DNA from: Octopus sinensis
Taxonomy: Eukaryota
Direction: 5' to 3'
NCBI RefSeq assembly: GCF_006345805.1
Contig: NW_021823718.1
Span: 1 to 21,533, forward strand
Length of the DNA: 21,533 bases
Part shown: piece after piece, positions 1 to 10,828 of the stretch
How the letters are laid out: every line of letters begins with the position of its first letter
Position numbering within the stretch: position 1 is the first letter of the stretch
The notes under the pieces: model-generated
Seen by the model: only the letters and a program-made list of their open reading frames with translations
Databases searched by the model: none
What the model was told of the DNA's origin: nothing
Translations under genes and position numbers: made by a program

Positions 1-127
1 AAAGAAAGGAAAATTAGTATTTTTTAGCTTCTGGGTTTATTGCTTGAAAAAAAATATATTTTAAGCCATACGAGATACTGGAAACAATAAAATCTAAGTG
101 GGAAAGATTTATTTAATTTTTCTCACT

Positions 128-305
128 AACACACACACCACGCGCACACACAGCCACACACACACATATAAACATACACGCACATATATATATATATACA
201 TAAATACCGCACTCATGCCTACATATATTCATATAAATATATACATAAACACACATACACACACACATATACATATATGTATGTATGTATTTATGTATAT
301 ATACC

Positions 306-343
<38 letters not shown>

Positions 344-398
344 TGCATATATACACATGTTTGTATATGCGTGTGTGCCTGTATACATACATGCATAT
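128..398. repeat. Compound (CA)n/(TA)n/(TATG)n microsatellite tract
   Basis: Visible dinucleotide runs; they account for the HT/YI/CV-repeat ORFs at 98-500. Confidence 0.95.
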
Positions 399-560
399 AG
401 GGGAAGGTGTGGCTGTGTAGCAAGAAGTTTGCTTCCCAGCCACATGATTCCAGGTTCAGTCCCACTGCGTGGCACCTTGAGCAAGTGTCTTCTATTATAA
501 CCTTGGGCTGACCAAATCTTACTGAGTGGATTTGGTAGACGAAAACTGAAAGAAGTTCAT

Positions 561-632
<72 letters not shown>

Positions 633-838
633 CTGCCTGTATTTGTCCCCCACCACCGCTTGACAACCGGTGGTAATGTGTTTACGTCCCCGTAACATAG
701 CCGTTTGGCAAAAGGAACAGATAGGCTAATAGGCTTATAAAAAGTAAGTCGGTGTGTCGATATGTTCGACTTAAACCGTTCAAGGCGGTGCCCCAGCATG
801 GCCACAGTTAAATGACTGACACAAGTTAAAGATAAAAA
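399..838 (+). mobile_element. SINE family A copy 1 (tRNA-like head, CORE-like body, internal microsatellite)
   Basis: A-box-like TGGCTGTGTAG, B-box-like GGTTCAGTCC, CORE-like GGCACCTTGAGCAAGTGTCTT, internal (TG)/(TA) run, tail ...GGCCACAGTTAAATGACTGACACAAGTTAAAG. Aligns by eye to five other copies in the window. Confidence 0.9.
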
Positions 839-956
839 TGCATAGAAACGTGGCGCATGAATACATAACAACTTTTATAAAAATACATATATTATAACAT
901 CCATATCCATGTATATATGCATAGGTATTATATATATATATATATATTATATATAT

Positions 957-995
<39 letters not shown>

Positions 996-1003
<8 letters not shown>

Positions 1004-1650
1004 AAAGGGCTTAGTAAAATAAATTACTTTGCCGCATACTGAACTCATTAGAAATAGCAGCTAAAAAACTTTTTTTTAAAGCTATTTCTAATACTTAAAA
1101 AAAATCTCTCTCATATATAGTGTTTGCTTAATTCGAGGGCAAAATAATTTAATTAATCAATTTCACCAAGTGTTCAGTATGCAAAGGGACCATTCAAGGC
1201 GAATTCAAATTATTACATTATATAAAAGGCTTAGTAAAATAAATTACTTTGCCGCATACTGAACTCATTAGAAATAGCAGCTAAAAAACTTTTTTAAGGC
1301 TATTTCTAATACTTAAGAAAAATCTCTCTCATATATAGTGTTGCTTAATTCAACTCACAAAGTTTGGGGTAAGGACATCGAAAAATAAATGCTAAGGTTA
1401 TTTGTCCTACCCCCAAACTTTTGTGAGTTGAATTAAGCAAACACTATATATGAGAGAGATTTTCTTTAAGTATTAGAAATAGCTTTAAAAAAGTTTTTTA
1501 GCTGCTATTTCTAATGAGTTCAGTATGCGGCAAGTAATTTATTTTACTAAGCCCTTTTATATAATGTAATAATTTGAATTCGCCTTGAATGGTCCCTTTG
1601 CATACTGAACACTTGGTGAAATTGATTAATAATTAATTAATTTTGCCCTC
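996..1650. repeat. Foldback / long inverted repeat with an extra tandem sub-unit, between (TA)n tracts
   Basis: 1135-1377 is the reverse complement of 1403-1650 (25-nt spacer). 996-1133 directly repeats 1217-1350 (period ~221). (TA)n lies at ~925-1000 and ~1660-1686. Confidence 0.92.
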
Positions 1651-1794
1651 AATTGTTGAAATATATATATATAGATATATATATATAATCAAAATAACCA
1701 ACAAGAATGACTCCGGTAATTTGGTACGATCGTTTCGTACTACATCATTTTATTAAATGTTGTAAGTATTGCAACAGTTTTAAAATGCTGAGCA

Positions 1795-1796
1795 CT

Positions 1797-1828
<32 letters not shown>

Positions 1829-1876
1829 CACGCACGTGTGTGTGTGTGTGTGTGTGTGTCTGTGTTTGTCTGTGTG
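1795..1876. repeat. (TA)n(TG)n microsatellite
   Basis: Direct reading. Confidence 0.95.
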
Positions 1877-1925
1877 CATTTATCTTTTACCTTTTATTTG
1901 TATTATCACAAAGTCAGTAAGTTGA

Positions 1926-2104
1926 GGGAACGGATTAATTTGATTACATCCACTCTAGTCCTCAATCTGTATTTATTTTATCGACCCTGAGAGTATCGAA
2001 GGCAAAGTGGACCTTGGTGGAATGTGAACTCAGAACGTAAGGATGGACAAAATGCCGCTAAGCATTTTGCTCGTCACACTAACGATTCTGCCAGCTCGCT
2101 GCCT
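1926..2104 (-). mobile_element. SINE family B, diverged copy lacking most of the tail
   Basis: Degenerate match to family B: GGCAAAGTGGACCTTGGTGGAATGTGAACTCAGAACG...CTAACGATTCTGCCAGCTCGCTGCC on +. Confidence 0.8.
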
Positions 2105-2119
2105 TCATTCTGAAGTCAC

Positions 2120-2324
2120 ATTATTTTCAAATTTTGGCACAAGACCAGCAAGCTCGAGGAAGAGAGTAAATCGATTACATCGACCCCAGTGCTCAATTGG
2201 TCCTTGTTTTATCGATCCTGAAAGGACAGAAGTTAACATCAACCTCGGCACAGAACGTAAAAGATGACGAAGTGCTACGACGCATTTTGTCCTGAGCGCT
2301 AACGACCCGGTGAGCTCGCTGCCT
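2120..2324 (-). mobile_element. SINE family B variant with alternative tail 2 (...GCTGGTCTTGTGCCAAAATTTGAAA)
   Basis: Diverged B head and body; the tail TTTCAAATTTTGGCACAAGACCAGC matches 9281-9306. Confidence 0.75.
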
Positions 2325-3086
2325 TTGTTCAGAAGTATTATTACTAGCATCTACACTCACTTCGGAGGAAAGACTAGAACTCCATTTCCACACTCCAAAT
2401 CATCTACAAGATCAGATGCTGTTGGCCTCAGAGAAGAAATGCCTGTCGCAAAGTGTGTTTCGTAAAAGATGGAAGTCTATAGCAAGTATGTTGCGTGAGA
2501 AAGAACCTGTTTAAACGAGAATGTAGAAAAGGAGAAAGCAAAGTCTTCAGTGTGAGTATGTGGTTTGTGGGGTCAACCGCGACCTCCGCTTCATTTTTTG
2601 TTAATCACTCATTCTCATTTAATTGTATATATTTTAATTGTTTGTTTATTCATACATTTCGTCTCATTCGATACCCTGACTCCAATGTTTGTTTTGTCTG
2701 TCCTCGTATCGTCCCCTCTTTTTCTCAACCTTATGGTGAATAAAGAAATTCTCTCTCTCTCTCTCACTCGCTGTACATATAGCAAACTACTCAGTTTAAT
2801 TAGTTTAGTAAGGCACACTCTAACAATTAATACTTAATAATGCACAACACACCGCATTTAGATAATTCAAAATAAATGTCAGTCGTAACTTTTAGTAATA
2901 AACTAACAATTTTAGCCTCGCTGTGAAAGTAAATAAAGTGGACACACTATGGGTTTTATTCTCTATGTGAACAGAAAACGTATAAAATATCTGATTAGTT
3001 CCTAATATTTTTAGACTTTCGTCGGATAAAAGAGAACCTAAATTCTGTCCACGAGAGATTGATAGCTGTTCATCAGTTAAACTGGT

Positions 3087-3427
3087 GGATCTTTTCGGTT
3101 TGAACGACAGTTTTTTCTAGCGGTGTCATATGAAATTGTCACCCATAATTATAACTCTAGTATCGATCTATTGCATTTTAATGTGTTTTAGGGTTAGGGT
3201 TGGTCAGGGTTAGGGTTAGGGGTGGGGGAAAGGGTATCTTTTTTTCTTCACAAATGTAAATAAACCCAATCTGTTTCTTAAACAAGGGACATAAACTATA
3301 GACTTTTCTCAATAAAGTCAAGAGAAAAAGATGTTTTATAATCACATTCTACCAGTATACGAAGTTTAAAAGTGTTTAGTTACGTGGAAATTATTTTTAA
3401 AAACTGCCGGTCAAACCGAAAAGATCC
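3087..3427. mobile_element. MITE copy 1 (GGATC termini, possibly Merlin-like), internally deleted
   Basis: 29-bp TIRs GGATCTTTTCGGTTTGAACGACAGTTTTT / AAAAACTGCCGGTCAAACCGAAAAGATCC; perfect 8-bp TSD AAACTGGT (3079-3086, 3428-3435). Lacks ~90 bp present in copies 2 and 3. The superfamily call is an inference from GG ends plus 8-bp TSD. Confidence 0.9.
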
Positions 3428-4065
3428 AAACTGGTCAGTTTCATTTATATATCAATGCATGCACTGACAAGATAAATGAATTGAAAACGTACATCTGCGT
3501 TAAGTACATATGCAAGTCTGTGTGTACAACAATATAGATAAATGCATGTGGACATATGAATATGTATTAAAGCATATATATATTTGTGTAATAATAAGCA
3601 AAGCGTGTGCTCTCTTATCTATTCTCGCGCTAAAATAACTTATTGTATACAAGCCATTATTCAAACCACAAAGAACTTAACGGAAAAAATACATGTATAT
3701 AAACATAATATACGTGGGTAAAGAAATACGTGCCCGTTCTATCTTTTCATCGTCGCACCTGTAGTGTCAAATGTAGTTAAAACGGCAGGAATAATGCATG
3801 CACATGCAGACATCTATTCATGGTTGTAAGACATAGCAAGACATAATACAAAAAGAAAGAGACGAATATCTGCTGGATTCTCTTTGAAAAGAAAGAAAAA
3901 AATGCTTTTGTAAAGGTTTTATTTTTTTTTTTTTAAATTGTCTGAGATCGATCGAGTTGACTTCTGCTTTTTTCTTCTTTACTTGTGTAAAGATAACTTG
4001 GCTTTCTTTATTATGAATTATAGAGTCTTTTTGTGTTTTTTGTTTTCTTTATTATTCTATAACAA

Positions 4066-4445
4066 TGCGGGAAGGAAGGAAGGAAGGAAGGAAGGAAAGG
4101 AAGGAAGGAAGGAAGGAAGGAAGAAGAAGAAGAAGAAGAAGAAGAAGAAGGGGAGGAAGAAGAAGAGAAAGAAGAAAAAGAAGAAGAAGAAGAAGGAGGA
4201 GAAGAAGAAGAAGAAAGAGAAGAAGAAGAAGAAGAAGAAGAAGAAGGGGAGGAAGAAGAAGAGAAAGAAGAAGAAGGAGAATGAGTAGGAGAAGAAGAAA
4301 GAGAAGAAGAAAGAGAAGAAGAAGAAGAAAAGGAAGAAGAAAAAGAAGAGGAAGAACAACAACAACAAGAGGGAGGAGGGGAGAAAGTGGCGGCGGCGGT
4401 GGTGGTGGTGGCGGTGGTGGTGGTGGTGGTGATGGTGGTGCAGGA
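4066..4445. repeat. Polypurine simple-repeat block (GGAA)n-(AAG)n then (GGT/GGC)n
   Basis: Direct reading; produces the poly-K, poly-R, poly-F and poly-G ORFs. Confidence 0.95.
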
Positions 4446-5551
4446 GGTGAACTGTAAGAATTTTATAAGTTCTAAGTTCTATATTGGCCGTTGGAAATAT
4501 GTCAGTCAGTTTATATAATTCATCTTGTAATTCAAGTTGATCTTTGCGGTCTTGTGCTGTCGACGTTTGCACATATTATTAGGAACAATGCAAGAAACAC
4601 GCTCGTTGTTTGTACATTTAGAGACCTGCTAAAGACCAATGAATGGCTTTTGTTATGTCAGGACGCAACATGGCTCGCTCGCTCTTGTTGTTGTTTATCT
4701 TCTTTTCTTTTTTTTTTTTCAAACATTTTGAAATAATATTCAATGAAGGAGCAAAATATGTCTGAGAAAAAAAAGAGAAAAAAGAAAAAAAGGAAAATGA
4801 AATAACTGAATGAATGTTGAATGTTGAGTGAATCAATGAATGAATCGACCAATCAGCCAATGAGCTTTACACGAATAGAAATGACTCTGACAGCAATACC
4901 CTATTCATAAAACATAGTTCTCTTTCTCTTTTTATTTCTATTTCTATATCTCACACCCTCTTTTATTCTTATCTTCCATTTTCTTTCTCTATATCCCCCT
5001 CTTTTATTTCTTTGCCTTTTCTATGCATTACCTTCTTTATCTAAGTATTGACCGACTTTTACATTACTATCGAGTAAGAAAATTGAACAAAGGATTTTTT
5101 TTTTTGTATTTTTTTTTCTTTACCTTCTTCTTACAAATGATTGATATTTTAAGTTGCCGTCTGGTTTTAAAGTCGGTTTACTGACTGAACTTTCAATTAT
5201 CAATTTTACGTTGTCATTGCAAAGTTTAAAACAAAATTTAACTCACTGACTCGACTCAATCGTAAATTTGATATCCAAGCTATAATATAACAATATAAAT
5301 TATAACAAAAGCATTCCCGTAAGTAGAGGTGAAAGTTAAAGAAGTTTGAACGAAACTCCTCGACATAATTCCACGCAAATGTAATTATTTGCTTGCATAT
5401 CTTTTAACTTTGTGTTTTTTGCAGATTGCATGACTAAATGCGGGTCGATTTTTTAAAAACTGGGGACACCTCGGTAGGAATCTTGGCTACACTCATAAAA
5501 ACAACGCTTCGAGACTCATCTCGGCCAATCAATATTGATCTGTAAGTTCAA

Positions 5552-6199
5552 GGCGGTGAGCTGGCAGAACCGTTAGCACGCCGGGCGAAATGCGTAGCTG
5601 TATTTCGTCTGCCGTTACGTTGTGAGTTCAAATTCCGCCGAGGTCGACTTTGCCTTTCATCCTTTCGGGGTCGATTAAATAAGAACCAGTTACGCACTGG
5701 GGTCGATATAATCGACTTAATCCGTTTGTCTGTCCTTGTTTGTCCCCTCTGTGTTTAGCCCCTTGTGGATAGTAAAGAAATAGGTATTTCGTCAGCCGCT
5801 ACGTTCTGAGTTCAAATTGCGCCAAGGTCGACTTTGCCTTTCATCCTTTCGGGGTCGATAAATAAAGTACCAGTTACGCACTGGGGTCGATATAATCGAC
5901 TTAATCCGTTTGTCTGTCCTTGTTTGTCCCCTCTGTGTTTAGCCCCTTGTGTATAGTAAAGAAATAGGTATTCCGTCAGCCGCTACGTTCTGAGTTCAAA
6001 TTGCGCCAAGGTCGACTTTGCCTTTCATCCTTTCGGGGTCGATAAATAAAGTACCAGTTACGCACTGGGGTCGATATAATCGACTTAATCCGTTTGTCTG
6101 TCCTTGTTTGTCCTCTCTGTGTTTAGCCCCTTGTGGGTAGTAAAGAAATAAGAAACGTTAGCACGCCAGGCGAAGTGCTTTGCGTTATTTCGTCTATCT
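5552..6199 (+). mobile_element. SINE family B array: head + 3 x 184-bp units + partial head
   Basis: Head GGCGGTGAGCTGGCAGAACCGTTAGCACGCCGGGCG; units start at 5600, 5784 and 5968, each with B-box GAGTTCAAATT and ending GTAAAGAAATA; 6151-6197 restarts inside the head. The body (GGTCGACTTTGCCTTTCATCCTTTCGGGGTCGATAAA..AGTACCAG) resembles the Meta domain as I recall it. Confidence 0.92.
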
Positions 6200-6439
6200 T
6201 AACAGACAAATGCGAAAGAGAACAAAACCCCGTCAGTTGTATTTTTGGTAAAGGTGCACAATAAGTTGATGATGGTGACGAATGTATGACGATAGCGTGA
6301 CGATGATGGTGATGATGATGATTGTTTTTGACTTCTAAAACATTTCTTGAAGTAAATGCCTTCCCTTTTATGTTAGAATTCAGAAATATGTAAAGTTTCT
6401 TGTGTTCTGTTATTTTATTTTACTCATTTTCGATTTTTG

Positions 6440-6655
6440 ATTCTTATATTCTTTTACCTGTTTCAGTCAATAGACTGCGGTCATGCTGGAGCACCGCCTT
6501 TTAGTCGAAAAAAAAATCGGTTCCTGGACTTATTCTTTGTAAGCCAGGTACTTATTCAATCGGACTGTTTTTCCAAACCGCTATGTTACGGGAACATAAA
6601 CACACCAACAGCGATCGTCAAGTGATGGTAAGGTGGGGGACAAACACAGACACGA

Positions 6656-6735
<80 letters not shown>

Positions 6736-6895
6736 GACGGGCTTCTTTCAGTTTCCGTCTAACAAATCCACACACAAGACTTTGGTCGGCCCGAGGCTAT
6801 AGTAAAGGACACTTGCCCAAAGTGCCACGTAGTGGGACTGAACCCGGAACCAATGGTTGGGAAGCAAGCTTCTTACCAGACAGCTACACCTGCGG
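6440..6895 (-). mobile_element. SINE family A copy 2
   Basis: Full-length reverse-complement match including head, CORE-like segment, internal (CA)n(TA)n and tail. Confidence 0.9.
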
Positions 6896-7581
6896 TTGAA
6901 TATATTTTTGTATATTTAAAAATTGGAATTTGGAAAATAAAAGCTTTTTTCACAACCACAATTTATTTTTGTTCACGTGTAATTAAAAAAATTTCGAGAT
7001 ATTCGGCTGTTATTTCTAGCACATGAAAATACTTACTAGGTTTAACTTCATGTGCAGGTGGAAAATCACCGATGCATATGCAAATGAGCGAACGAGGTTT
7101 AAAACATACGGAATATTGGTGCGGATGTGCGAGTGGTAGAAGGGGTATTAATTTTCTTTTTTTTTTTGATATATTTAAAATTTTTTTTTAATTACTTCAA
7201 ATTCAAAAGCTCAGTATTTTCTACGAAAATTCCTCCCAAAAAATTCTCAAAATTGAAAAAATGACAAAATCGGGGGAGGAACGGGGTATTTAAATTGTGA
7301 AATTCTGATTTTTTTTTTTCTTTTTCCAAAATCAGAATCTCCTTGCCGAAAACGTCAGAATTTGTGAAAAAAAGAAAGTGGGGGAGATGAGATACTGCTT
7401 ATTGTATACATGTGCCGAAAATATAATTGAAGGGGTTTAGTCTGCTTTCGCACATTCACTTAGGGGTTTTTGTCCGAAATGATTGTGTCTGAGGGGGTGG
7501 TTGTCCTAAGGAGGTTTTGTCCTAAAGGAAGATTTTGTTCTACACTATCATTTTTCATATGGTGAATTAAAGACTAATCCA

Positions 7582-7992
7582 GGGTCTTATCGGTTTGAAC
7601 GGCAGTTTTTTCTAGCGGCGTCATATGAAATTGTCACCCATAAGTATGACCCTAGTATCGATCTATTGCATTTCAATCTGTTTTAGGGTTAGGAGTGGGG
7701 GGAAGGGTATCCTTTTTTCTTCAGAAATGTAAATAAACCCAATCTGTTTCTTAAACAAGGGACATATTCATACGGCAAAGAATGCTTTCACCTCAATAAA
7801 CGTCATTGATTGGTTGAAATTGCAGAAATTGAAGAAAAAAAACAACAAATATCTTACAAACTATAGAATTTTCTGAATAAAGCCAAGCGAAAAAGATGTT
7901 TTATAAACACATTCTACCAGTATACGAAATTTAAAAGTGTTAAGTTACGTGGAAATTATTTTTAAAAACTGCCGGTCAAACCGAAAAGATCC
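7582..7992. mobile_element. MITE copy 2 (same family as 3087-3427)
   Basis: Same TIRs (left slightly mutated, GGGTCTTATCGG); perfect 8-bp TSD CTAATCCA (7574-7581, 7993-8000). Confidence 0.92.
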
Positions 7993-9273
7993 CTAATCCA
8001 CCATATGGTAACTCGTGTACACGTATGACGGCTGTTCTTATAAAATCTCCGGGTTTCCTATCAAGTTGCCACCGTCTGAACACTAGAGATTAATTCGATG
8101 GTTCGGGTGTCTCTTATTTATAAACAGACTTCAAAAGCAAAAGCCAAAAGTTCAAATTTTATTTCACTGTTAAGTTTTCATCAGTCACACAAAACAGACG
8201 TGCCCGCCAACAAACAACAGAGAGATATATTTTACCTATTGGTAATCTTCAGGAAACGACTCCTCCACTGTCGACAGAAATTTATTACAATCAACTTACA
8301 AAATAGCATTATCCCCCATCAGCTTTAGATTTATATATTTATTTACTTATCTATCTATTACTTTATTTTACGAGAGGGGGAGGTTATCAGAAGTTACGAT
8401 GATTTGTGTGATGTCATTGAAGCTGCATCTACCTTTTCTTCTTTTTTTTTCTTTACTTTTTTTTCTTCTCCTTTTTGTCATCACACATAGGAACTGAAAT
8501 ATTTGGAGCCTCAAAAGAACCTTTGACATGTCGATACAGTTTTTAAACGGTTACTACTACATGGTCAACCATGAAATTCTAAACTATGATTATCATCGCT
8601 GACAAGAATAATTAGTTTAGAATGGGCGACGGTTGAACACATTATAGCTGATTTGAATGATTCGTATATACTGTGTTTATCTTGACTGGGATAGGTGAAG
8701 TGAAGGGATGGGAACTTGCTTATGTGGGGTGTTATGTGTGTAATGGATATCAGTTAGTGTTCAAAGGATTTGGTGGCAGCCCAAAAGTCTGGAGGTGAAG
8801 AAAAGGTCAAGTAGTTTGGTTTTGTCAGTTTATGTGTGTACGTTGTTAAAGACTGCGTGAGCGTGTTGATATAGGCAGCTCTTATAAAAATACAGTTTGC
8901 CGAACTATATTTAATGTTTAATAAACATATGTAAATAATCTTACCGTGGACCGAAACATGGGAGTATACACCGAATTCTCGGCAGCATGGCGCGGGTATC
9001 GTATTGACTACAGTTGTTAATCTTTGTCAGAGTTAGTTCAACGGTGGCTGGATATGTCTGTGTAATGCATAGGTGAGATTCGTGTGCAATAAATACGTAG
9101 GATAAGTTTATGAAACCATTGCCACCACTGTTCTGATTTGGCTGGTTGGAAGGGTTGAACGGAAGTAAAGTCACAGGAAAAAAAAGTCACAGAAAATAAA
9201 AAGAAAAACTTTATTCGGGTTTGGAGAAAATGTCAGAAGAAAATAAATGTTAAACTTCATCTAAGTGCCATAA

Positions 9274-9995
9274 ATATTAGTTTCAAATTTTGGCACAAGG
9301 CCAGCAGTTTTCAGGGGTGGCGGAAGTCGATTGTATCGACTCTAGTATTTGATTGGCGCAATTTGAACTCAAAACATAACGTCAGACGAAATACCTATTT
9401 CTTTACTACCCACAAGGGGATAAACACAGAGAGAACAAACAAGGACAGACAAACGGATTAAGTCGATTACATCGATCCCAGTGCGTAACTGGTATTTATT
9501 TAATCGACCCCGAAAAGAAGAAAGGCAAAGTCGACCTCGGCGGAATTTGAACTCAGAACGTAGCGACAGACGAAATACCTATTTCTTTACTACCCACAAG
9601 GAGCTAAACACAAAGGAAACAAACAAGGACAGACAAACGGATTAAGTCAATTACATCGACCCGAAGTGCGTAACTGGTACTTAATTTATCGACCCCGAAT
9701 GGATGAAAGGCAAAGTCGACCTCGGCGGAATTTGAACTTAGAACGTAGCAGCAGACGAAATACCTATTTCTTTACTACCCACAAGGGGCTAAACACAGAG
9801 AGGACAAACAAGGACAGACAAACAGATTAAGTCGACCATATCGACCCCAGTGCGCAACTGGTACTTAATTTATCGACCCCGAAAGGATGAAAGGCAAAGT
9901 CGACCTCGGCGGAATTTGAACTCAGAACGTAACGGCAGACGAAATACCGCTAAGCATTTTGCCCGGCGCGCTAACGTTTCTGCCAGCTCTTCGCC
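9274..9995 (-). mobile_element. SINE family B array: head + 3 x ~184-bp units + deleted 4th unit ending in tail 2
   Basis: On +, unit boundaries TATTTCTTTAC at 9396, 9580 and 9765; head ends at 9995; 9274-9395 is a shortened unit with the GGCACAAGGCCAGC tail. Confidence 0.92.
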
Positions 9996-10828
9996 ATAGT
10001 GGCATCAATTACCGCCTGACCGACGTGCCTTGCCCCGCATCACATTTGATCAGACTGGAGCGTTTTTACTTTTGCTTCATGTATAAAGGACAATTCATTT
10101 ACTATCCGTAACTGCTGCGTAGAAGTCTAGGTATACTGTGTTTAACGACGCTCTGACATACGCTTTTGTGCGCGCACGCATGCATGCACAAACACATACG
10201 CACGCACGCACGCATGCACGCTCACCTACACACATTTGAATATGATAAATATCACAAAACACTGCTTTATTTGAGATATTAAATGAAACATGATTTGTTT
10301 TTTTTCATTAACGTGTAAGGTTATTACATAAATCATGGTGTCATTGTATACAAGACATGTGTTATCAGTTAATAAGAGACTGAAAATCTTTTTTCATTGT
10401 TTAAAGTATTACTTGTGTTATTTAATTGAAATTTGACATTTCTCCTGAGATTTTCGTTTCTTTTCCGACATTTTTATTTTCTGGGAATGGAAGGGTTAGC
10501 ATTCTGCATAAAAAAAAACTTATGTTAGATGACTGAGAACGCATGGTGTTTCTTTCGGTGTTGGTTAAAAACAAAACAAGAAATTCTGGTAAAAGGCGGG
10601 CGACTAGATTACAGGAACAATAGTAAATACATTGGTACTGATTTTAGTAACCCAGGATATAAATAAAGCACAAAGTCGATATTATCTTAGCGGAATTCTG
10701 GCAAAGAGCATAGAGAAAGGCAAGTACATAACAATTGCAAAAGTGCTGCCTTAAGGCAAGGGTACACTAGGCAGTTGCTTGGGTCCTCACGGGTCTTGGG
10801 ATCAATTTCGGATCTATGTATGTATTAT

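Noticed and set aside
3189-3222. Telomere or chromosome-fusion scar
   Set aside because: Only a few TTAGGG units, internal to a TIR/TSD-bounded MITE.
3938-4572. Poly-Lys/Arg/Gly/Phe/His ORFs (116-171 aa)
   Set aside because: Produced in several frames by (AAG)n and (GGT)n; simple repeat, not a protamine-like gene.
4849-4861. Two CCAAT boxes as a promoter
   Set aside because: Only 8 bp apart, at the edge of a (GAAT)n tract, with no other promoter evidence.
5780-5800. CTGACGA on the minus strand of SINE-B units (hammerhead/retrozyme idea)
   Set aside because: No stem II followed by GAAA and no stem III/UH site; other units read CAGACGA.
5552-6150. Regularly spaced repeats resembling a CRISPR array
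   Set aside because: Whole 184-bp units repeat with no unique spacers; eukaryotic SINE context.
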